64,000 bases of DNA from a virus: positions 1 to 64,000 of the IMG/VR virus record IMGVR_UViG_3300025018_000004; one strand, written 5' to 3'. The position numbers and the translations under genes are program-made. Below the pieces are notes generated by a model. It saw nothing but the letters and a program-made list of their open reading frames with translations, made no database searches and was not told the origin of the DNA. This document shows positions 34,405 through 43,900 of this stretch, piece by piece. The first letter of the stretch is position 1. Each line of letters opens with the position of its first letter.

Positions 34405-36576
34405 ATGGCGACCAGATTCCGTCAGATCACCGAGGCACGACGTCGACGGTTCATCAAAGCTGCGAGCTACCTTGAAGCCGAGATAGACATTGTTCGACAA
34501 ATGGTCGTAGAGAGCCTTCTCGTTGAAGGTTACACGATCTATGCTCCTGTTTATGCAGAAGGCGATCTGATGGTGGCTCCTTTGACCACAGAGACAGTCT
34601 CTCTGTACCTGCATGAACTTGCAGCAGCTCCAACGCTGATGTCTCTGGTGGCATTACAGTTCGTCTCAGAGACTGTTTATGCTCCAGTGTATGCGAATAC
34701 GCCAATAGCGATGTCTCTTGCAGCGATAGTATCAGAGACGGTGTCTACATATGCTCCTGTATATGAAGAGGTGACTGGTCTTATCTTGGGTTTGACCACG
34801 GAAACGGAGAATCTTTATGCTCCAACGTATTTTGAATGGGACATCAACTTCAATCAATCTCCTGGTCTGATCACAATTCCGGAGACTGTATATGCTCCAA
34901 CAGCTGACTCTAAGGTTCAGATGTCTATCGCAGCTGTTGTCACAGAGACAGAAACTATCTATACTCCACTTCTTGAAAGTCCATCAACGAATCCAGTAGC
35001 ATACATTTACTATCTGACAGCCCCAGGTACGGATGGTGCTGTGAGAAGGGTTACTGGTGATGGTGTGACTGATACGGAAGTCGTCGCCAGTATTGAAACA
35101 GCAACTGGAGAAGACAGCGACGTCAATAACGCCATAACGTTTTTTACAGAAGCGTCTAAGCTAGTTATTTCTACCGATGTCACAGGTGCAAATGGATGGA
35201 CATTTGATCTAGATGGATCCAACTTTGTCGATACCTATAATGCCCTTGCTGGAGAAATTAGTATTATATATAGACTCGACTATGCCGATGGTTGGATTGG
35301 ATCAGGAAGCAATACGGAAGACATTTATACAAACGATGTCAGCGCATATGAAAACGGACTTCGAATATCAAACATCGGTGGAGATACTCCTTACGCAGTT
35401 GCTGTTGACGCAACAAACAATAATTTGTACTGGACTGTAACTGGAGAGACGACTATAAACACAGGCACTCTTGGAGTTAATGGCAAATCGTCCTTGTTTG
35501 ATGTTGGAATTGGGACACAGCCGGCGGCAATGTGTATCGATCCAGATATAGTAAATGCAGACCTAAGCGTTGGTAGACTTTGGGTTTGGGAAACTGTCAA
35601 CAACGAGCTGCTTGTTTATAATTTGGCTGGAAGCCTGCTTAATACAATTACGTTAGGGGCTACTTATACTGGTTTTGAAATATCCTGTCTCAGACATGAT
35701 AAATACAACAATACGGTTTACATACATAGGTCTGATACCAACGAGATTTGGACTATATCTGGAATAGAAGGAGCAACTGCTGGACTTGCTTCTTCTCTGT
35801 GTACCCTAAATGCGAATGCGACAGATGAATTTGCTCTCGTTATGACGAATAATTTGACACCAACGCTTCCGGCCATTTCGGCAATACCAGACAAGGTCCT
35901 CCATCTAGACGCCTCCATCGCGTATACAACTGGAGATATTCAGGCAACAGACGGGCAAATAATCGTTAAGTGGCCAGATCAGTCTGGAAATAGCAACGAT
36001 GCCGTTAATACAAACGCCGGGCAATATCCTCTGTGGCGAGCCAGTGTGGCAGCAGTCAATTCCCTACCCGCTGTGGATTTTGACGGTGTGAATGACTACT
36101 TGCAGATTCCAGATGGAACAGTGACAGAAGTTCATACTGTAGTTATGGCGCTTGTCGCTGATACCGGCTCTAATGGATATTTCTTGTTCTGTGGCGTGAA
36201 TGGAACCAGTAATCCGATGGGGTTAAGAGATGCTGGAGATCTTGATTATTTTGATTCCTCTTCTACAATAGATGGAATATCCTTTAGTAAAGCGGTCGGA
36301 CAAGTCATACAATACAGAGTAGCTACAGATCAGAGTTTCGTCACATCAGTTAGCTCTCAGTTCCCACAGGGACAGAAAACTAATTTGGTTGGAACTCCAA
36401 CGGCGGCTGGTATGAATAGTCCTCAAACCATTGGAGCTCGAGCAAACGTAACTCTCCCCGCAACCTCTCTACCATGGGAGGGTCAAATAGCAGAGATTTT
36501 GATTTGGAACAGAGAGCTCACCAGAATAGAGCTTCTTTCTGTTAGACAAGAGCTTGAAACCAAATATGCCATATAA
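34405..36576 (+). CDS. tail fibre / receptor-binding protein candidate with a C-terminal LamG (concanavalin A-like) domain
   Basis: 723 aa. The N-terminus carries about 7 ETVxYAPVY repeats. The middle has beta-propeller-like repeats (NNLYWTV..., RLWVWE..., TVYIHRSD...). The C-terminus has WPDQSGNSNDA...VDFDGVNDYLQIPDG...WEGQIAEILIWNRELTRIEL, the LamG signature. Confidence 0.7.
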   Translation: MATRFRQITEARRRRFIKAASYLEAEIDIVRQMVVESLLVEGYTIYAPVYAEGDLMVAPLTTETVSLYLHELAAAPTLMSLVALQFVSETVYAPVYANTPIAMSLAAIVSETVSTYAPVYEEVTGLILGLTTETENLYAPTYFEWDINFNQSPGLITIPETVYAPTADSKVQMSIAAVVTETETIYTPLLESPSTNPVAYIYYLTAPGTDGAVRRVTGDGVTDTEVVASIETATGEDSDVNNAITFFTEASKLVISTDVTGANGWTFDLDGSNFVDTYNALAGEISIIYRLDYADGWIGSGSNTEDIYTNDVSAYENGLRISNIGGDTPYAVAVDATNNNLYWTVTGETTINTGTLGVNGKSSLFDVGIGTQPAAMCIDPDIVNADLSVGRLWVWETVNNELLVYNLAGSLLNTITLGATYTGFEISCLRHDKYNNTVYIHRSDTNEIWTISGIEGATAGLASSLCTLNANATDEFALVMTNNLTPTLPAISAIPDKVLHLDASIAYTTGDIQATDGQIIVKWPDQSGNSNDAVNTNAGQYPLWRASVAAVNSLPAVDFDGVNDYLQIPDGTVTEVHTVVMALVADTGSNGYFLFCGVNGTSNPMGLRDAGDLDYFDSSSTIDGISFSKAVGQVIQYRVATDQSFVTSVSSQFPQGQKTNLVGTPTAAGMNSPQTIGARANVTLPATSLPWEGQIAEILIWNRELTRIELLSVRQELETKYAI

Positions 36577-36606
36577 AGAGGCACAGAAATAGCAGTAGAT
36601 TCGATT

Positions 36607-37305
36607 ATGGCTGATTCACACTACAAGGAATACAACATTAAGAAAAAATCTGACGTCAAAACTGTCGTCAGAAAAAGCTTTATTACCCGCGCTCAATATG
36701 AGTTCCAGGGAGAAGGTGCTACGGCTAGTGGTACTTTAGTTCTCAGGAATATCATGGGTCAAGAGGATCTCTTCAGAAAGGAAGGTTCTCCTGGAACGCG
36801 TGTTGACAATTCTTTGAGTGCTAGAATCATCTGGACAAGCGGGGCTATTGCTGATTCAAAGGTTTATTATTCCGCTGAGAACGAGAGTTTTAATCTGGAA
36901 TCAGCTCTTCTTGATGACCCGGCTTCAACAAATGGTGTTGCATACCACGAGGTCTTTCTCTACGATCTTAACATCGATACCGAATATGCGTTCCAGGTTG
37001 AATCATATGATGCTCAAGGAAATACCCTTAGATCGGACACATACTGGTTCGTCACAGCTGGAGAAATCATTCTTGACCCAAGTAACCTATTTGCGATTCC
37101 TGCTCTTCTTGTTGATGTTATCAGCAAAAGCATAAGCATCTTATTAACAGGACTGGATTCAATTCCAACTGCACCAGCTGGAAATGCTGAAGGAATTATC
37201 GCATTGAATCTCTCCATGGCCACTCCAACAACAGCTAGCCATTCTCAAACTATAACCACGGATGAAGACGAGTTCTTTACCGAAATCCAAACAACAGTCG
37301 TATGA
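36607..37305 (+). CDS. structural protein with an FN3-like domain (232 aa)
   Basis: ARIIWTSGAIADSKVYYSAEN...YHEVFLYDLNIDTEYAFQVESYDAQGNTLRSDTYWFVT fits the FN3 / purple-acid-phosphatase N-terminal pattern. Confidence 0.65.
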   Translation: MADSHYKEYNIKKKSDVKTVVRKSFITRAQYEFQGEGATASGTLVLRNIMGQEDLFRKEGSPGTRVDNSLSARIIWTSGAIADSKVYYSAENESFNLESALLDDPASTNGVAYHEVFLYDLNIDTEYAFQVESYDAQGNTLRSDTYWFVTAGEIILDPSNLFAIPALLVDVISKSISILLTGLDSIPTAPAGNAEGIIALNLSMATPTTASHSQTITTDEDEFFTEIQTTVV

Positions 37306-38957
37306 AAAGCCCTCTATCAATCAATCACAATATCCAAATTGGAAAAGGTGATCTCGAGTTATATCACTCTGTTTCTGTTGATGGAAATGTCGTCATTGAA
37401 GAGACAAAGGGAGATTCTCTCGTCGGTAACTTTTTGAACATTTTGTTCTCGTATGCCGGTGGAAGATATTTTCCTGAAGATATGTATGGTCACTATGATT
37501 CATCTTCAAACAATTATTACTCTTATTCGTCAGACACTATAACGAATGCGGTGAGCTCTGGTGCAAATACGATTATTACATTTGCTGGAAGCGCACTTTC
37601 TGGTGCGAAAGGAGCTCAGATTACAGGTTTGGTAGGAGATTGGGAAGCATGTAATGGTTTTTGGATTCCTGTTTCGACAACCTCTACCACAATTACAATT
37701 GCAGTTGATTCGTCCTTGTTTGGAGCGCTGGACCTTGGATTTAGTCCAGTTGGTATAAAATTGTATCAACAAGTTGGTGATACATATCGCATAGATCTCA
37801 AAGGGTACGGTGAGCCAAGAATTAAGGTTGGGACTTCAACAAGGGCGGTCGCCCTTGATGACAAAGTTGTCATAAGCGAATGCCTCAATGGAACTGGTGT
37901 CAATCAGTTTACTCATGATACAACGAGCGTCGCTATTCCTGCTTCTGACGGATCCTCTGTGGAGTTATCTCTGAGCACTCAGTTGGTAAATGGGTCTGGG
38001 GCCACTATTGCAATCAAGGAAGCTGGTTTATATGCATATTCATATGACCACCCATCAAACAACGATTATGTTTGGGTTCTCATCGCAAGAGATCTTTTTA
38101 CGACATCTGTAGCAGATGGAAAAACAGTAACTGTTCAATACAAAATTACATCTTCGTTGGATGCCCAAGGAGGATTGACAAGACAGTTTTTAGATATTCT
38201 ATATACTCATTTGGGGTCGTCTTACGCCCCAATTGATATTGAGGGAGCAACAACCAGTATATCTTCTAGTTCTGGTAGCTTCATGTTGGCAGGTGGATCT
38301 GGAGATAATATCCAATTCCCATCTTACAGCGGATATGCCGGACAATGGATTGGTGTTCAAGTAGGTACTGGCTCAACAACAGTGACGACAGATGACACCA
38401 CTCTTGAGACTCGTATCACTCATGGAGATGCTACCTCGATCACTGTCACGGCGGGTACAACTGGAGATCTCGTCATCAGTATTGATGGTACCCCTTACTC
38501 AGAAACCTTTTCTGGCACCATTGCAGTTACTGTATCGAGTTGGTTGTCTACGCATGCTGCCACCCTGGCTGGACTCGGGACCCCAATTACAGCTGTAATT
38601 GATCCGAACAACTCCAATGCAATTCTTCTGTATCGTAGTGCCTCAATGACCCTTGTGGATAGCTCTACAGGAGATATTGCCTGGACTTCCGCTGGTCGTT
38701 TACGCTACTATGGTCAGCTTGTAGAAAACTGGCGGTACGAAGATACTCCAGGAGAAGCCAGTTTTGATGTTGTTCGAATCTTTGAGAATGCGACTGGGGA
38801 CCCTATCACCATCAATGAAACTGGCCTATATGCCGCTAGACAATCATCATATGCGGACCCGGTCTACTGTATAGCAAGGCACGTTTTAACCGTACCTGTT
38901 ACAGTAGCAGCTGGTGAGATTGTAAAGGTTACCTATACATTCAGCGTTTCAGTATAA
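37302..38957 (+). CDS. fibre/baseplate-like structural protein (551 aa), internally duplicated, paralog of the next ORF
   Basis: Motifs occur twice per protein: NFLNILFSY / QFLDILYTHL, and IKEAGLYAY...VLIARDLF...TVTVQYKIT / INETGLYAA...CIARHVL...IVKVTYTFSV. It carries one shared module (S379 onward). Confidence 0.75.
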   Translation: MKSPLSINHNIQIGKGDLELYHSVSVDGNVVIEETKGDSLVGNFLNILFSYAGGRYFPEDMYGHYDSSSNNYYSYSSDTITNAVSSGANTIITFAGSALSGAKGAQITGLVGDWEACNGFWIPVSTTSTTITIAVDSSLFGALDLGFSPVGIKLYQQVGDTYRIDLKGYGEPRIKVGTSTRAVALDDKVVISECLNGTGVNQFTHDTTSVAIPASDGSSVELSLSTQLVNGSGATIAIKEAGLYAYSYDHPSNNDYVWVLIARDLFTTSVADGKTVTVQYKITSSLDAQGGLTRQFLDILYTHLGSSYAPIDIEGATTSISSSSGSFMLAGGSGDNIQFPSYSGYAGQWIGVQVGTGSTTVTTDDTTLETRITHGDATSITVTAGTTGDLVISIDGTPYSETFSGTIAVTVSSWLSTHAATLAGLGTPITAVIDPNNSNAILLYRSASMTLVDSSTGDIAWTSAGRLRYYGQLVENWRYEDTPGEASFDVVRIFENATGDPITINETGLYAARQSSYADPVYCIARHVLTVPVTVAAGEIVKVTYTFSVSV

Positions 38958-40489
38958 TGAAGCATCTTGTACAAGAACTGAATATCAATCTCAAGGACAG
39001 TCTTTCCTTGTGGGTCGATGTGGAGATAGATGGTGAAACTGTTCATAGCGAACAGGGCCATTCTTTCACCACAAACTTCCTTGCTGCTCTCTACAGCTTC
39101 ATGTCTGGAGAAGAGATTCCGTTTGCGTATAGGGGATACACTTTGAGCAATGATACAGATGACTGGAGAACCGCTGCTCCAACCACCTTGGTTAGCTTTG
39201 CTAGAGTTGAAGTACCAGCCAGTTCTGGAATCTTTCGAACAGTTCTGACTGGAGACGATTCCTCCTGGGGTAATACTCCAACGGTGTATGTCCATGGAAT
39301 AGATCCTGTTGCCGCAGGAGGAGGGGTTGCCGGCAGATGGTTTCTTGAGGAAACCTCTCCTGGCTTTGGAAGCTGGTATATGAAGGATGTTGATACCGGA
39401 GATTATTTGGATGTGGTAGATGTGGCGTCCATTGATACTGCCACTTATACAACAACTGCTAGAGTGACCGGCAATTTTTATTCTTCCGCGAGAGTAGACC
39501 AGGATACATTTTCCGTCCCACAGTTGGCAATTGGATATGGGACTGCAAACAACACTGAGCGCCAAAGCAATCTCGAATCAGAGGTTGGAATATTCTCTGT
39601 TGGTACAAACCCAGGTACGGTGAGCGTTGGTGCTGTGTCTATTTCTACCCCTACGATTGGGTCAGGAAAGTCCATTATTGAGATCGAACAGTCCTTCACC
39701 AACCTCAATGGGAGTGTTGCCATAAGCGTTTCAGAAGTTGGCATGTTTATGAAGATGGTTGGTTCAGTGGAGAATAATAGAGACTTTACTCTGATGGCGA
39801 GAGATGTCATCACTCCAGTCTCTCTTGGTGCAAGCCAGGTTCTGACTCTGAAGTATCGAATCATCGTCCAGGTAGATACTGTTACAGGCAACGGTGGGAT
39901 CTTAGCTGTGTTCAACGAAATTCTATACCGGCAAATTGCTCAAACTAGTCGTGAAGCAAAGGGGATTTTCAACGATAACCAGACAACTGGAGAATCAAAA
40001 GGAACCTTTATGGTTGCTGGATGCGGAGGAGACAATCAATGGTCGCCTGTCGTAGGAAGCACAGACAATCAATATCTCGGGCCACAGCTTGGTCATTCTA
40101 CAAAGGTTGTAGCAAATACTGACTTTCGTCTTCAGTATGCTGGAGGTGACACTGTTTATGATGGCTCTCTTGCCATTGAGGGGCAGGACTCCAGATATGC
40201 TCACGGACGAAACACATACCAAATGCAATGTTTCGGACCATTAGTACATGGTTGGACAACCTCTGGTGGTGTCTCACCTTACGCGCAATTCCAAGTAGAC
40301 AATCTTTTCCACAACCTATCGGGGGGAACTCTGACGGTGAACGAGATGGGATTCTACGTGGCGAGGAAGGAGGAGATGACATTCATCTCGGAGGCCTACG
40401 CGATTTGCAGGAATCGACTAACGTCCCCAGTGACAGTTCTGGACGGGGAAATAGTGAAAGCAACATACATATTCAGAGTGAACCTATGA
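38957..40489 (+). CDS. fibre/baseplate-like structural protein (510 aa), paralog of the previous ORF
   Basis: Same motif series: NFLAALYSF / VFNEILYRQI, and VSEVGMFMK...TLMARDVI...VLTLKYRII / VNEMGFYVA...AICRNRL...IVKATYIFRV. Confidence 0.75.
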   Translation: MKHLVQELNINLKDSLSLWVDVEIDGETVHSEQGHSFTTNFLAALYSFMSGEEIPFAYRGYTLSNDTDDWRTAAPTTLVSFARVEVPASSGIFRTVLTGDDSSWGNTPTVYVHGIDPVAAGGGVAGRWFLEETSPGFGSWYMKDVDTGDYLDVVDVASIDTATYTTTARVTGNFYSSARVDQDTFSVPQLAIGYGTANNTERQSNLESEVGIFSVGTNPGTVSVGAVSISTPTIGSGKSIIEIEQSFTNLNGSVAISVSEVGMFMKMVGSVENNRDFTLMARDVITPVSLGASQVLTLKYRIIVQVDTVTGNGGILAVFNEILYRQIAQTSREAKGIFNDNQTTGESKGTFMVAGCGGDNQWSPVVGSTDNQYLGPQLGHSTKVVANTDFRLQYAGGDTVYDGSLAIEGQDSRYAHGRNTYQMQCFGPLVHGWTTSGGVSPYAQFQVDNLFHNLSGGTLTVNEMGFYVARKEEMTFISEAYAICRNRLTSPVTVLDGEIVKATYIFRVNL

Positions 40490-40920
40490 TGACTCCATCC
40501 TATATCATTATCCACACTGCGGGAGCAAAGATCGCCGCAAGTATCGAAGATGTCAATCGCTGGCACAAAAAGCGTGGTTTCCGAAGAAAAGGAACCCACG
40601 ATTTGCAGTATATAGGATACCAGTACTATATCCGCAGAGACGGTACTGTTCAGCGTGGACGTGATGAGACAGAGGTAGGAGCCCAATGTAAAGATATGGG
40701 AATGAATAGGAAGTCTATTGGCATATGTTTTGAAGGACATGGAGACTTCGAGGAGTTCACCAAGGCTCAGCGTAAAAGCCTCAACCTCCTGTACCAGCAG
40801 ATAGATGCACGGTGGGGCATCCCTGTTGAAAACGTTCTTGGTCACCGGGAAACAGGAGCCAAAAAGACCTGTCCTGGTACCAAGGTCGACATGCATGAAT
40901 TGAGGAGCTCGCTATCATGA
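40486..40920 (+). CDS. N-acetylmuramoyl-L-alanine amidase (T7 lysozyme / PGRP type)
   Basis: ORF track 40228..40920, trimmed to ATG 40486 (ATGA overlap with the upstream stop). 144 aa. The Zn ligand pattern is IIHTAG (His), LGHRE (His), CPG (Cys). Size and order match T7 gp3.5-type amidases. Confidence 0.88.
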   Translation: MMTPSYIIIHTAGAKIAASIEDVNRWHKKRGFRRKGTHDLQYIGYQYYIRRDGTVQRGRDETEVGAQCKDMGMNRKSIGICFEGHGDFEEFTKAQRKSLNLLYQQIDARWGIPVENVLGHRETGAKKTCPGTKVDMHELRSSLS

Positions 40921-43900
40921 GATTCGCAGGCGGAATAAATCAGGATCAGCACGAGTCACGGCAACCAGAAGGTACTTACCGTGATGCTCGTAATGTCATT
41001 CTTGATGATGAGAGAGGCGCTCTCAAGACAGAGGCCGGCACAATAGATATCGTCGGCATCACCACCAACTATGCTGTAGTTGGGTCTACATTGATGTCTG
41101 ATGGTCGCACAGCTATACTTTCTAGGTATGTCGCTCCATTTACGTACAATCTTACAGTTTCTCAGCCGTCCCCTGGGGTAAATGATATTCTGTATCTAAC
41201 CATCAATGGCGTAGGCTATGCGACCCCAGACAACGGTTCTATTTCTGCGACAATTGATGATTGGATAGCAGATCAAGGAGGAGAATTGGCCGTATTGGAC
41301 TCTCCTATTACCGCAGCTCGTACAGCAACCAATGTTCTGACTTTGTACTGCAGCTCTGCTCTTACCATTGTAGATGGAAGCACAGGCTTTTCTTTCTCCC
41401 AGGTCGCTATTGGAGAAACGATCAGTAGCCAAATAGGTGTTTTTAATGGTACTAGCTATAATCTAATTCTGTCAGATACAGGTTTTAGCTCTAGTAATAA
41501 ACTTGAGTTCGGACCTTTTTGTGAAATGACCTCAAGAATCAATCACAAGGACGAGTATCTCATTTATTGGACGGATGATGTTAACCCCCCACGATATCTG
41601 AATATTGATCTTGAGACTGGCGTCGAGAGAGGTCTAGATACATTCACCCTCTTTCCAACTGTTGAGAAACATCCCTATTTCCAATTCAATGGATTGGTTG
41701 CTGGTGGCTCATTGGGCACAGGTTCATATCACATCGCCCTAGCATATGTCAACGCAGATGGAACACAGACAGGATGGATCTTTGTCTCACATCCCATTTA
41801 CGTCAATGATGAGACCAATGAGTCTTTTCCTGATACGTATGATGGTGCTGAGAACGATTATCCTACGAACAGGGCAATCAGCTTCTCTTTGACTGAGGTA
41901 GACGAGAACTACAGCCATATCAGAATCGCTTTGATTGATGGTTCTGATGTTCGCGTGATGCCAGACAGAGTTATCTCTCTGGACAACGGTGTGATGACCA
42001 CCACGGTCACAGGAAACGAAGCCTTTACTGATGGTACTCTTGAGGAGATCGTCATTCCTACGGCCTATTACACGAAGGCTAAGACTTTGCGTCAGGTGGA
42101 TGACCGATTGTATCTCGGAAACGTAGAGACTTTGGACAAGGAGTTTGACTATCAAAAGTACGCCAACAACATCTCTGTTGAGGCTGTCACTGATGTATTC
42201 AATGTCACCGGAGGTCTTGGCTACAAGGACAACGAGTTTTCGTTTACAAACAAAAGCTTTCGTAGAGACGAGGTGTATGCTCTCTACATGTCTTGGGTAT
42301 TGAAAGATGGCTCAGAGACCAAAGCGTTCCATATTCCAGGTCGTGGGAGTCTTGGTACTAACGCTGGTCTATCCTCTGGCTACGTCCAATTCCAGACTGC
42401 AGCTCCAACTTCAATCAGTGCAGCATCTGTTATTATGACTGCCAAGCAAGACTGGATTGCTTCAGTTCCATCTGTCCATACAATTGTTGTATCTGGTGCT
42501 ACTGCGCTTGGGGTGGATGTTGTAGATGCCACATACAATGTCCCTATTGCAGCTGGAATGACTGGCGCAGATGTTATAAATGAGTACATCTCATCTATGA
42601 TTGATACTGCTGGCATTACATTCAAGAACAACATCCAGTTTGCCAATGACCCTGATGATGATTACCAGATGATCATCACGAACAGGACTGGCAACAATGA
42701 GGACTGGAATGGTGTGACATTCAGTGTAACGGCTAGTCCAAAGGATGGTTATACATCAAACGCATACGCCACTACGATTGCTCTTGCTGGCGGAGAAGAT
42801 GATGAAGGACAGCCTTTCACAACATCCACGATTGATTTTTATGGGCAGACCGTAAACCACGTTGTAAGCGGAGGAGAGAGCAAAGCCACCATTGCATCAA
42901 ACTTGGTGACAGCGCTCACTGGCAACGTTACAATCAATGCTGATTATGACATTGCTGTAGATGGCGGAGATTCATCGAAGGTAAATATTGTAGCAAAGGT
43001 CACTGGTACACCCCCTGAACAGTTCAACAGTCCGCTGATTCTTGATTATAGAGATGTTCCGAAGCCCTTTTCCGTCACCGCATTTGGTGTTGGTGGAGGA
43101 AACGAGTTCTATGCAGCTAACGAAACAGAGCTCCTTACCGACCTAGCAGCAGATCCTGCAAATGAACCATACATCGGAAGGATAACTCAGGCGTTTGGTA
43201 TTCCTGGTGGAGCATATGATACGGCCAAGCTCTTTCACTTCTCAGGTGCCGCTGATGCAGAGACTGGAATGGGCTACTGGGAAAACGCCAACGAGGACTA
43301 CCCAAGTACGGAGGATTGGGATATCTGGGAGGTTGTTGCGGGATCCGGACAGGATACCGGTCGAACTCTCCAGGGCCAAAAGGTCAGACATCACCGTTTT
43401 CCTGACAACTATTCCAACACCGTTTTTGATGGGACGGATACTGATCCAAATGCACGAGCTCTTGGCTTCAAGTTGACAAACGTGCAGATCCCAAATGATC
43501 TCGCTGCAGAAGTCATTGGATTCAAGGTGTACTACGCAAAGAGGACGGACAACAATAAAACGATCCTTGATCAAGGAGAGTTCATATACGCCGGTCTTGA
43601 TATTTCAACTCCAGCTTCTGAGTTCTGGTTCTCTCAGAACAAGGCTTCTGATCCAGCTGTGACCAATGCCTATGATGGCAATGTTGGAGCTGTACATCCG
43701 TTCAATCTTCTGAGAAACTATCCAAACATAAATCTTGGAAATCTTGATTATATCAAGTCTCAGGCGAACATAGATGATTCGCTGATTGACAGCTCTCGAG
43801 TTGGCCTGGGCTCATACATTCCTGCAGCTCAGCCCAGAGTTCGGTCAGTTGCAGCCAAAACCTATATCGCTGAAGGAACAGTTCAGACAGACCTTTCCGG

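Noticed and set aside
40228-40485. 86-aa N-terminal extension of the amidase ORF (230-aa version in the track)
   Set aside because: The extension lies in an alternative frame inside the upstream fibre-like gene and has a Gly/Arg/Ser-rich junk composition. ATG 40486 gives a 144-aa protein of canonical T7-lysozyme size.
34405-40489. A diversity-generating retroelement targeting the LamG or fibre genes
   Set aside because: No reverse transcriptase ORF and no template/variable DNA repeat pair were seen near the 3' ends of these genes within the window.
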